This document shows, piece by piece, positions 1-10,081 of a stretch of 64,000 bases of DNA (the stretch's first letter is position 1; each line of letters opens with the position of its first letter). Below the pieces are notes generated by a model. The model was not told the DNA's origin. It made no database searches and saw only the letters and a list, made by a program, of their open reading frames with translations. Source of the stretch: Neoechinorhynchus agilis (taxonomy: Eukaryota > Animalia > Acanthocephala); contig CM121342.1 of the NCBI GenBank assembly GCA_051530055.1, positions 8,633,480-8,697,479 on the forward strand, written 5' to 3'. The position numbers and the translations under genes are program-made.

Positions 1-666
1 ACTCCGACATATCCCCAACAAAATACGACTCATAATGTGAACGAATCTGCAAAGAATATCATTATAAATGAACTAAGGCGCGGCTTTGAGGTAACTAAAT
101 CAATTCTGGCTGACAAGAGTACATGGAACGATCTCTTTGAACCTATGAACATTTTTACTTCTTACAAGCACTTTATTCTCGTAATTCTCCAGGCACCGAA
201 CGAAAAGCTCTTAATGGAATTCGACGGTCTTGTTTCTTCACGCATCCGATCGCTCGTAACTTCTTTGGATTATACGAAGAAATGTGGCCCCGTTCAAATA
301 CGGGATCGATCGATAAGGATATCAGATGAAAGGCTAAAACCCGGACAGTTTGGTCGGGCATGGTGTGTTGGGTTTGACGTCAATGAAACGGCTATAGCGA
401 GCGTTGGTACAATTCAGCGGGAAATGACTACATTTGCCGGTCAAATATTGGCTTCTAAGGGATTCACTGATCTTGGAGAACAACAATGTAAACTAAATAT
501 GATCTATACGACGCGTCGGAAGCTCAAAAGATACATTGGATCAAGGTTGTCAAATATTGGGACATATGGTCCGTCGATTACTAACGACCAAATTGACGCC
601 ATCGTTATGGATATCGTGGAAAGTGTTATCGTTGGTGTTGAGAGCGAACGCTTATTAACAGCGTGA
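1..666 (+). CDS. PAPOLA: Poly(A) polymerase, C-terminal (central/RNA-binding) part; 5'-truncated by the window edge
   Basis: Frame is open from base 1: TPTYPQQNTTHNVNESAKNIIINELRRG...WNDLFEP..F.SYKHFI...GLVSSRIRSLV. This matches the canonical PAP motifs TPAYPQQNSTYNV, W..LFE, YKHFI and GLVESKIR. Confidence 0.88.
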   Translation, partial: TPTYPQQNTTHNVNESAKNIIINELRRGFEVTKSILADKSTWNDLFEPMNIFTSYKHFILVILQAPNEKLLMEFDGLVSSRIRSLVTSLDYTKKCGPVQIRDRSIRISDERLKPGQFGRAWCVGFDVNETAIASVGTIQREMTTFAGQILASKGFTDLGEQQCKLNMIYTTRRKLKRYIGSRLSNIGTYGPSITNDQIDAIVMDIVESVIVGVESERLLTA

Positions 667-797
667 ACTTCATTGTTCTCTATTGTTATTTTTCCACACT
701 GTTTCCTTTCAAAAATCGTTATGTGTGTAGTTACGGCATTGAGATATTCTATCGAACGTAAAAATCAAATATTGTAATGCTTCCTATACATTTTTAG

Positions 798-1307
798 ATG
801 AAAAAAGTTCGCCCGAGCAAGTTATACCTCCAAAGTCCAAAATCGCTTCATCTTGAATGGCCCTCCATTGACAATGATTTATCCTCTGAGATTCTGGACT
901 GTTTAATGTCTTTTATCAGGAGGTCAATGGAAAGATCACGCGAGGTCTGTGTTGTTGGATTATCTAATATAAGTCCATATCTCGATGCATACGGATTGCT
1001 GCTTGTTGATCGAAATATTAAGCCATCTATTGTCACAAAGCCATTATTGGTTCATTGCTATGTCAACAAAATTCCAGCCGGGAGTGTTGGAGGTCTAATG
1101 CAAGCCTTAGAATCAATTTTTAGCAATCCGCGGCCAAATGCTATCGGTATACTAAAATCGGGATGCGTTAGTGAAAGGCTGTTGGCTAACCGATTTGTTG
1201 ATGAGATGGCAGAGATTTTGCCGAATTTGCAATTGCCGGAATCGCTGGGAAAGTACGAATCGCATGAAATTATCGAAGGATATAAGCGATCTACTGATTC
1301 GGTTTAA
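798..1307 (+). CDS. RPP38: L7Ae-family protein, RNase P/MRP subunit p38 (RPP38/Pop3)-like
   Basis: 169 aa. VVGLSNISPYLD..LLLVDRNIKPSIVTKPLLVHCYVNKIPAGSVGGL..NAIGI resembles the RPP38 L7Ae core (G.N.V...LE..LVLVCKSVKPAMIT.HL....VPAC.V..L). Recognised by eye. Confidence 0.5.
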   Translation: MKKVRPSKLYLQSPKSLHLEWPSIDNDLSSEILDCLMSFIRRSMERSREVCVVGLSNISPYLDAYGLLLVDRNIKPSIVTKPLLVHCYVNKIPAGSVGGLMQALESIFSNPRPNAIGILKSGCVSERLLANRFVDEMAEILPNLQLPESLGKYESHEIIEGYKRSTDSV

Positions 1308-1483
1308 GTTGTCCTCTTGAAACAAAATATTCGTAGATTTTTTAAACCTGTACTTTGATCATATTACAGAGATTTTGCGAGATTCATTGGGAAAGTACAA
1401 ATCGCGTGAAATTATCGAAGGATATAAGCGATCTACTGATTCGGTTTAAGTTGTATTCTAGAAACAGAAAATTCATAGATTTT
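1246..1483 (+). repeat. Tandem duplication (~140-bp period) of the 3' end of the RPP38-like ORF
   Basis: gggaaagtac(g/a)aatcgc(a/g)tgaaattatcgaaggatataagcgatctactgattcggtttaagttgt occurs at ~1246 and ~1389. The second copy resumes at 2848 (ttaaacctgtactt). Confidence 0.9.
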
Positions 1484-2278
1484 AGAAAATAACGAATTTA
1501 ATAGGTATTGCAATTGTATTGTATTGTATGCAACGGTACTTTCCTACGTTGCACCGTAGGTATAAGCCCGTCAAATAGAATTAGACTCCGCAAGGGATCC
1601 TAAATACACGACAGCAGTCCTGTTATGCGGGCAACTCGCGTCTCTTAAAATGAGGTCATCGTATGTACGACAGTTCCCTTTGCCCTTACGATACAATGTC
1701 GTTGGCTTCCGGAAAAGGAACTGTTGCACGACCTGTGAGCAAGATGCCTTGGACCGAATTATATTGCCCGTGAACTGCAGTCGTCTGCGGCGCAAATATT
1801 CACTGGGCGGTTGGACTCCGACTCTCTTATACAGTGTTTTGTTGGTCACTTAATCTGACCATCTGACCTTGAACGCCGCACGTAAGAGAGATGAATGATG
1901 TGGGTATAACTGCCTCGTCGCCGTTGGTGACAGTGTCCAAGTCTCTGCATTGTAGTAGCGAATGCTCTCAATTAGAGTCCTGAACAGCTGCGAACGGAGT
2001 TCATCTGGCAAAGACTCGCTGTCAAACAGTGGTTCAAGTTGCCCCATTGCTCTCCAAGCTATAGCTCTCCGTCGACTGACATCCGCACTCACCTCAGGAA
2101 CGACAGCTCCCAGATAGACATACCGCTCTATCTGTTTTAATTGCTCAACGCCATTCGGCCCTTCGCCAGAGACTTTATGCGCGACATGCGGAATCGTCAA
2201 GAATTCCGCTTTTTTCGAGTTGATGGTCAGACCAATCATACTCGCCCTCTCGCACAGTCTGTTTAGCAGAAGAGGTAT
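1484..2278 (-). mobile_element. RTE-like non-LTR retrotransposon, degenerate 3' fragment
   Basis: LCERASMIGLTINSKKAE..YVYLG..DVSRRRAIAWRAM..LFRTLIESIRYYNAETW..LRRRRLQFTGNIIR..Y.KGKG is an RT C-terminus. A (TACAA)n-like tail lies at ~1512-1530. Confidence 0.75.
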
Positions 2279-2838
2279 TACAATAATAAAGTACAAAGCG
2301 TGCAATCACCACCGTCCACGAAATTAGAGCTTCTCTCCTTCCTCCGCTGTCGCTATCATGCTAGCAGCATTGCCTCGTTGTACTGCAAGCGAGATATTTT
2401 GTCGCGGGAATACACCTGCTCGTGCGTCGCCGGTCGTTTTTCTCAATTTCTTCGAGAGATCCTGGAGTAGAGTGAGTGCCGAGCTGCCAAGCGCCCCATA
2501 CATTTTTACACCGAAGGGGACAAAATAGTGGGCCTTTGCTAAATCCCTATATTTTCGTACCATCCTCCATTCCGCTGCACTGGCTGCACCTCCAGCGATT
2601 TCGAGAGGGTTAGGAATGCTGCTTACTGCGAGGGTGTCCAAACACGTAGTGTCCTAGAGAAGGCATTTGCCCTCCCGCCACGGAAAGACCGAAATTCCGT
2701 CAGGTCGACGACCGTCTAGTCGACAAAGATGGGCCGAGAAATTGCGCGATTGATCTCAGAATGGCGGGAGAACCTTCCTCCTGACTTTCGGCAAACGAGA
2801 CCGTGTCTCCCGAAAGCATCAACCAAAGGCCAGCATCG
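2279..2838 (-). mobile_element. CRE-like (RT + restriction-like endonuclease) retrotransposon, 3' fragment
   Basis: RRPDGISVFPWREGKCLL.DTT..DTLAVS...VPFGV..YGALG...NISLAVQRGNAAS. Close to the copy at 20860-21480, including its 3' UTR. Confidence 0.85.
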
Positions 2839-2939
2839 ATAGATTTTTTAAACCTGTACTTCGTATGTGAAAAAACATTTAATTTTGGACTTCATTTTTG
2901 AATCAATTTCACCTAGCGATATTCACTCAGAAAATTGAT

Positions 2940-3310
2940 TTATATTGAAAATTTTCGGCCTTTTCGTTGGCCTTCTTCAGTTAGATCTAGAATGCTTGTA
3001 AGTTTTTAAACAGCGAAATAATCTCATTTGGTTTTTTCTGTGCTTCTTTTACCTTAGTAGTCCTCATTCATTCCTTTCTAAATAAAGCTACAAACAAAGA
3101 TGGAGGCCATATTCATTCGCCTGCGAATGGTGTTCCGCCCAAGGTGTGGCTGCTGGCGTACTGAGTTTGAGCGCATTACGAACATGCTCAGTGTAACTCG
3201 TTTATACAGCGGTCGCTCCGTCTTCCCAATGTATGTGATATAACGCAATTTCCTTCTTCGTTGCAACGTTCGCAGGTCATCTTATACACAACGTTGCGGT
3301 GGTACACGGT
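2940..3310 (-). mobile_element. Penelope-like element 3' fragment (GIY-YIG remnant plus ribozyme-bearing terminal repeat)
   Basis: Frameshifted VYKMTCERCNEEGNCV / YIGKTERPLYKRV is a GIY-YIG pattern. A hammerhead core lies ~100 nt downstream of the ORF end. Confidence 0.7.
2944..2986 (-). ncRNA. Minimal type-I hammerhead-like ribozyme
   Basis: Minus strand: CUGAAGA-A-GGCC(aacgaaaa)GGCC-GAA-AAUU-U-ucaau. Core is intact; stem I is weak. Confidence 0.6.
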
Positions 3311-3329
3311 GTAGAGAGAGCAACGTTGT

Positions 3330-3990
3330 GTCAGCGATTTACGCAATTTTTCTAGGTCAATAAATGCCAAATGAATCGGACGACCTTTTCTCGATACTTT
3401 TCGATAAGCAGTCGTGCCATATGAATCCCATTTTGGTGCCACATCCTTTGACAAATCCAGCTTGGTTAACAGATAAATCGACGATAGTGCGAATCCGCTT
3501 GTCGATGATACGCTAAAATATTTTCATCGTATGTGACAGGGGTCTGATCGGGCGGTAGTTGCAGCACTCTGCTGTATTGACTTTTTTTCCATATCGGCAC
3601 CGTGTGACTGAGCTCCCAGCCAATCGACATTGTATTCTCAATGATTTTGTTCAAAAATCGGGTCAACCACGATGACGGGTAATATTTCTTCGCTTTCCAG
3701 GGTACCGACGCTATATCATCAGGGCCGGTTGCTTTCCCTGGTTTAATTCGATTTATTGCATCTTGAACTTCCTTCGTATTGGTAAGACTAACGGAGCCGG
3801 GAACCCTTTCGGTCTCAAAAAATGGGTTGATGCTCAAATTTCTCGTTTGAAATCTGTTCGTAGTATTGACGCAATCTCTCGGAGACATACATCACCTCTG
3901 TTGACAATCAGCAAGCCCGATTTCTCATTAATACAAGGGAACTTTTCGATATCTTGCGTCTGCTGCTGACGCCGTTTTACGGGTCAATAT
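3330..3990 (-). mobile_element. RTE-like RT fragment
   Basis: EVQDAINRIKPGKATGPDDI..W....VPIWKK..CCNYRPIRPLSHT.KIF and IHLAFIDLEK motifs, with frameshifts. Confidence 0.8.
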
Positions 3991-4027
3991 AACTGACAGT
4001 CATTTTCACTAATGTTCAGCTTGCTAC

Positions 4028-4415
4028 TTGGTCGAACACCCTGATGGCCGGCGAGATTTGGTTTCGACGCAAAAACTAGCTCCTCCTGGTGAAGATCTGA
4101 CCGCCATAAAAAGTAGCGAAGACGATTTGCCGTCTGCAGTAAATTCGGGAGATGTTCCGGTGAAAGAAAACATTAATGTTCAACACCCAGAGATGGGCTC
4201 AAAATATGTCACAGAACATGGAATGGACGTTAGGAGGTCCTGTCGGATCCCCAGCAAACTAAGAGCGAAGGGGGAAGATTGTGATATTGATTAATTGATA
4301 CTGTTGGCGCCGTCGTCCCCGCGTCATCACCGCGCTTTTGCTACCATATAGCACGTGCCCCTGGTGGTGTTTGGTGTGTGTTTTTGTGCAATGAAGCCCC
4401 TGTTTTGGTCATGAA
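4028..4415 (+). mobile_element. Ty3/Gypsy 3' end: integrase tail, PPT and start of the 3' LTR
   Basis: VEHPDGRRDLVSTQKLAP and VRRSCRIP motifs. The purine tract aagggggaagat is followed by tgtgat at 4280. Confidence 0.6.
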
Positions 4416-6360
4416 AATAGGCACTCCTCGGGACTTTGCATGCATCACAATCGACACCTTTGGGTACTCTGCTGGCTCAGAGAGCTTTCCATGACGTCAC
4501 CAACATGATCTTCGTTTTATAGCTCTGCCGCGAGAGGGAGCCCCTCATGTATACCAAGGCTTTTAACCACGTAAAACAAATAAACTTTGCTTATGTCATA
4601 AGAATCAGCATTTTCATAATTTAAGGTATTTTCCGCTCTAGATTTCTCGAAAACAGACACTCCTCGGAACATTTCATACATCACAAACGACATTTTTTGC
4701 TACTCCGCTCGCTCAGAGAGCTTTAAAAGACGTCACAAAACATGCACTTCGTCTAACGGCTTTGCCGAGCGCGGGAGCTGATGATGTATGCCCATTTTAA
4801 CCCCGTCAAACAAATTAACTTTGCTTACGTCATAAGACTCAGCATTTTCACAATTTAAGATATTTTTTCGGCATACAGTTGTCGAAAACAGACACTCTTC
4901 GTTACTTTGCTCGCATCACAACCGACACTCTTAGCTATTCTACCTGTTCAGAGGGCTTCGATGACATCACCAACATGCACTTCGTTTCATAGCTCTGCGG
5001 CGAGATGAAGCCCCTCATATATGTCCAGCTTTTTAACCCCATAAAACACACATACTTTGCTTACGTCAAAAGAATCCGCATTTTCACAATTTTTAATATT
5101 TTTTCGCCATTTACTTGTCGAAAACAGACACTCTTCCTGACTTTGCTTACATCACAAGCGGCACCTTTAGCTACTCTGCTGGCTGAGAGAGATTTCCATG
5201 TGTGTTTAAGTGGGGAAAATTATATATCCAAGAATCACTTTAATTGAAATATTTCGTCCAGTCACGCTGGCAAACAATAGTTCACTGAAGAAGTCCAGCG
5301 CGATTGGACGAGATATTTCAATTTAAGTGATTCTTGGATATATAATTTTTCCCGACTTCTACATACTCATGGATTTTATCTTTAATTTTGCGAGCTTTCC
5401 ATAACGTCACCAACGTGCACTTCGTTTCACGACACTGCCGCGAGAGGGAGCCCCTAATGTACGTCCAGGTTTTTAACCATGTCGAATACATAAACTTTGC
5501 TTACGTCATAAGAACCAGCATTTTAACAATATTGGATATTTTATTCGCCATACACTTGTCGAGCACAGACACTTTTCAAGACTTGGCTTACATCAACAGA
5601 GACACCTTTAGCTACTCAGCTGGCTGAGACAGCTTTCCATGACGTCACCAACGTGCACTTCGTTTAATGGCTATGCGACGAGAGGGAGCTTCTCATGTAC
5701 GTCCAGGTTTTTAATCATGTCAAGCACATAAACTTTGCCTACGTCATAAGAGTCAGAATTTTCACAACCTTGGATATTTTTTTCGCCATACACTTGTCGA
5801 GCACCGACACTTTTCAAGACTTGGCTTACATCAACAGAGACACCTTTAGCTACTCTGCTGGTTCAGAGAGCTTTTCATGACGTCACCAACATGCACTTCG
5901 TTTCATACCTCTGCCGCGAGAAGCCCCTCATGTATGTCCAGGTCTTCAACCCCGTCTAATACATAAACTATGCTTACGTCATAAGAATCCGCATTTTCAC
6001 AATTTAAGACATTTTTTCGCCATACAGTTGTCGAAAACAGACACTCTTCGAGGCTGCTCACATCACAACCGACGCTAAGCTATTCTAACGGTTCAGAGGG
6101 CATCGATGACGTCACCAACATGCACTTCGTTTCACGGCTTTGCCGCGAGGGGAAGCCCCTCATCTATATCCAGCTTTTTAATTCCGTCAAACACATAAAC
6201 TTTGCTTATGTCATAAGAATCAGCATTTTCTTAGCTGTGGGTATTTTCTCATCTTACACTTGTCGAAAAGAGGCAACACCTTTAGCTACTCAGCTGGCTG
6301 AGACAGCTTTCCATGACGTCACCAACGTGCACTTCGTTTAACGGCTATGCGACGAGAGGG
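4415..6360. repeat. Tandem satellite, ~235-bp unit, ~8 copies, interrupted at 5198-5380
   Basis: The anchor gacgtcaccaac recurs at ~4493, 4729, 4961, 5404, 5641, 5879, 6108 and 6316. The units are clearly diverged from each other. Confidence 0.93.
5198..5380 (+). mobile_element. Palindromic non-autonomous element with a hammerhead-like core in the loop
   Basis: Long inverted arms (aagtggggaaaattatatatccaagaatcac.../...gtgattcttggatatataatttttcccgactt). Core at 5285-5318: CUGAAGA-A-GUCCA..UGGAC-GAG(mutated)-AUAU-U. Same family as 32697-32870. Confidence 0.8.
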
Positions 6361-6947
6361 AGTTTAACATCAACAAAGTTCTTTGATTGCCCGTACGTAC
6401 TTGCCAAAACTGAAAAACCTGATTTGAGTATCTTAAATTTTGATGAATTACATGACCGTTGAAGTTTTTAAATTTAATGTTGGCGCCGTAATAAAGTCTG
6501 TTGTTCTTTATGTACCCATAACATGAACACTGATTGTATCACTTTTTAATAGTTTTTTTAGAGATTTTGCAAACAAATAAAAACCCAATAAACGGATATT
6601 ATCCTTCTTACTTTCACTTTTTTCACCAATGTCAGTATTTACGAGTAGCTCGCTCATTTTTTGATATAAAGATAAACATTAGTGAATCTTTGCATGCTGC
6701 AGATAAGCGGATTAGTGCACTAAGCAAAGATAGTTTATTTTTGTCTTAAAAGTCAAAATATTTTAACATTTTAAAATTCCAACTATAGCTGTCGACTTTT
6801 GATCAATAAGCCAATTTATGCCAATGAAATCAATCAAATTAAATTCAATTTAAATATGTACAAGCTGAAACTTTTAAATGTATCCCATGTATTGTCGATA
6901 TTATATCAAGAAGATCCTTCGGGATGGCATTCTCTAACGATCGTTTT

Positions 6948-7075
6948 CAGTGAAAAACGGCTTTACAACTTTCACTTTTATCTCGAAACAAATGATTGAT
7001 GAGGCGAGGGTTCCTCTTTCGAAATATTTCATAATTATAAAGGAATCTTTAACCGGGATTATGTTCACCACCATT
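6948..7075 (+). mobile_element. Degenerate copy of the 61931-62080 palindromic hammerhead element
   Basis: gatgaggcgagggttcctctttcgaaatatttc...accgggattatgttcacc aligns with gaagaggcgaggatacctcgcgaaatatttc...accgggattattctcacc. Confidence 0.6.
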
Positions 7076-7465
7076 CAATACCGTCGATATGATCTTGCTT
7101 AATAGTTTAAGTTTACTATAAATACACGATGTTTTCTGAATGGGCGTGGCTTTTTGGGAGAAAAAAGTTCGCCACGCCCAATTTAATTTTGTAATAGGCG
7201 TGTCTCTGTCGCTGGGATAATTTGAATTTTACTACAACATTTCCCATGTCTGGTTTTCCTTAATTCGAGGTCGTAAACACCGCAGCCTGCACAAACAGAA
7301 TTGTTTTAAGTTTGAAAGCGTTCTCTGACTCGATTTTTTAATTTTATTTAAGTCCTTATATAATTAATTTGTGGCAATTTAACTTTTTTGTTTTATTGGA
7401 ACAAAAACACATAAACGATTCGAGCACTGTAAAAAATTTTGAAACCAAATATATTTGTTGCTTGT

Positions 7466-8440
7466 TCAAAAGACTATATGTCCTTTTGGCACCTTCTTTT
7501 GAAAATGAGTAATCCTTATGTCTGTCGGTTGATGAGCTGAAAATTGACTTATGTCCGTCACAGTCAATTCAGCACGAGTTGATCTTTGACTGTCTCCACT
7601 ATTTCCTGTAATGGTACTTCCACTGCTGTTTGCAAGCATTGTCTTGTTTCTGCTATCGTCCGTTACATGTCTTTTATAAAGGTCACCATCGACGATTGGG
7701 TAACCGCACACATATTCAGTAACATAAAGTAGACCTTATATTTTTAAATTTAGATTTTTGTTTAATTAATAAAAGAACTAACCTTTAACCAATTTTTCTG
7801 TGCCGCTGATTTTCACTTTTGGAAATTCGTTCAAGAATTTGCTAACAACAACAATTGTGTTCATTTGAAGATAATGAGGCTTTTCACTTAATCTCTTAAA
7901 AAGAAGCCTCGCTTTATGATTCCTTTTGGGCCAAGGATGCTCTGGACCACTTGAAAACCTGTAAAATATTTTCTGATATTCCGTAAAGATATCTTGTACT
8001 CGTTGTGCCAAGCGAGAGCAATTCGCTTCGATTTTCTTGATCCGTAGGGGATAGTCTCGAGACAGTTTATAACCATCCATCAATTCGTCACATAAATCAA
8101 TAAGCTAAAAAAATGAATTTTGTCAAAATTCGCAGCGGGATAAACGGGGACTTACGTCTTCGTACACAAGGAGATATCTGCAGCATTCATCGGCAACGCA
8201 TATCCTTTTCCCGAAATGCTTTCTTAATTCTCGTCTTAGCTGGCTTAAAGTGGTTTTAATACAATCTCGAGTTTCTTGGGTAATGCTAGCGAGATTTTGA
8301 ATCATCATTCGATATTGCCAATCAACCGGCGATTCATTTTGTTCATTTGACGAAATCGTCTTCTTCCTTCGAGACTTCTTAAGTGCAATCTTGACTTCGT
8401 CTGACTCAGGTTTGAAGCAGGCTTTGAAGGTGCGTTTCAT
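7466..8440 (-). CDS. Orphan 3-exon gene, ~291 aa (exons 8440-8156, 8104-7783, 7734-7466)
   Basis: Three ORF-track pieces join in frame through canonical introns gtaagt...tttttag (51 nt) and gttagt...ataag (48 nt). The spliced length of 876 nt is divisible by 3. No family recognised. Confidence 0.75.
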
Positions 8441-9369
8441 TTTCACGCTCGAAGTTTGAGTTTGACAATTGGAAATAATTGTTTGATTGAGTCGACTTTT
8501 TGTTAAAAAGTTTGGTTCGAAAGTTCGAAAGTTAAAGATACGAGCGAAAGTGTGTTGGTGAGTGAAGATGCGAAGCGTGGTGTGTAAGTAAGAACTGAAA
8601 TCACTGTAATGAAATTTTCACACTCTGATTGGCCGCAGCAAAATGGTGCATTAACACCTTATAGTAAAGCTGTATTGAGTCGAGAATCAAAAATTATTTT
8701 TGCACCAATAGCAATCTTAAAAATATCTTTAAAAAAATTCGAAGAAGCTATCTGTGGATTTGTTTTCCTAACCTAGTAGTAAGCATTTGGGCGTATAAAT
8801 AGTGATAGCATTTGAATTTTTATTTCGCTCCTAAAGAAATATGCCTAAGCGGAATCTAATTATATAGGAATCGCTAAAATCCATTAACTATTTCGATGAT
8901 TTTTGGTTCAGCCTTTTTGCATAAAAAAAGATTCTAAAATGCTTCTACTCAGATTTATAAAAAATGATTAGTTAAAATTTACAAAATATTAAATAACAAA
9001 AATAATAAATATAATTAATTTGACCTTAAATTTTATCAATATAAAGGTTTCGTGCTCTTTAGCTACGAACTCGCACTTACCCTTCATGTAAAACTATTAA
9101 AAAATATTTGAGGCATGCGATCAGCTTTAAATTCCTTTATAAAAACAATAGTAAACGATTTAAACTATCAGTTCATTCTGAAATCATAGACAGTCAAATC
9201 CGGTTAAATGCACAAAATTCTAATTACCGAAACAAATGTATTAACATTAGTGCAATATATACTAAAATCCGGTTAATCGGACCAAAACGATCGAGTTTTT
9301 CTTTAAACAGTCGTTTAAGAGTCGAGAAATCAAAGAAATTTATGTTGATATGTGAAGAGGTAACATAGT

Positions 9370-9970
9370 CTATGATTAGAAGTGCTTTATTTAGGGTTTC
9401 ACCTGGCAAAATTTTTTTATTGAAGACGCTTCGAACCCCGTCGGGTTCATCATCAGTTTGTTAGTTATTAAAAACGGGATCTAAACAACACTTCTTAGAA
9501 AATTTTTAAAGAACGATTCGAACCAGTGCAAACTAAAGATTTATATGTACGAAATTTTAGAAGGAAACTGTTAAAACGAAGCTTTAATTAATTACTACGA
9601 CTGCTTCTAAAAAGTATCTAACACTCTTCTTTTTATCAAAGAATTACTTGGTAACCATTTATTATGAATGGATAACGTCCAAAACGCCGCATAATTTTCA
9701 AGTCTAAATTCAAATCGTTCATTAGCAACTTTTATTGATGTAAATTTGTGTGTGTATGTTTGGAGGTTACTAAATTGGATTTATTGTTTAAGTCTTCGTC
9801 CGGTAAAGTGTTTATTAGATACGTTTCGAGCCTCGTCGAATTCATCATAGGTTTGTTATTTGAGTCTTTTATTATCTAACAAACTTATGAGTAACCTGGC
9901 GATGTTCGCAGAACGTCTTTAATGAACTCTTTACCGGGTGAAGACTTCTAAACAATAATTCTAATCATTT
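9370..9970. repeat. Cluster of Penelope-type terminal-repeat copies in both orientations with hammerhead-like cores
   Basis: Minus-strand cores at 9425-9456 (CUGAUGA-U-GAACCC..GGGUUC-GAA-GCGU-C) and 9819-9851 (degenerate). A plus-strand remnant lies at ~9890-9970. All share the downstream aataaa...gaagact..acaataa seen at 10765-10815. Confidence 0.7.
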
Positions 9971-10081
9971 ATCCCGGTAACTTTTCACATATAGACACGT
10001 TACTTAATTAGAGCTCGATTTTCGGAAGTAAAATTAAGCTTAAAACGGATATAATAACAGACGTTATATAAAAATGTCGAT

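Noticed and set aside
663-797. 798-1307 ORF as a further PAP exon
   Set aside because: The GT at 663 joined to the AG at 797 gives an immediate TGA, and the ORF resembles a different family.
4280-4449. Complete LTR bounded by TGTGAT...ATCACA
   Set aside because: The catcaca is a regular part of the satellite unit, so the inverted end is probably coincidental.
4778-4784. CUGAUGA hammerhead core in the satellite
   Set aside because: Not conserved in other units and no stem II-GAA follows.
4415-6360. CRISPR array or coding repeat
   Set aside because: Whole ~235-bp units are homologous with no unique spacers, the context is eukaryotic, and the ORFs are chance frames of the repeat.
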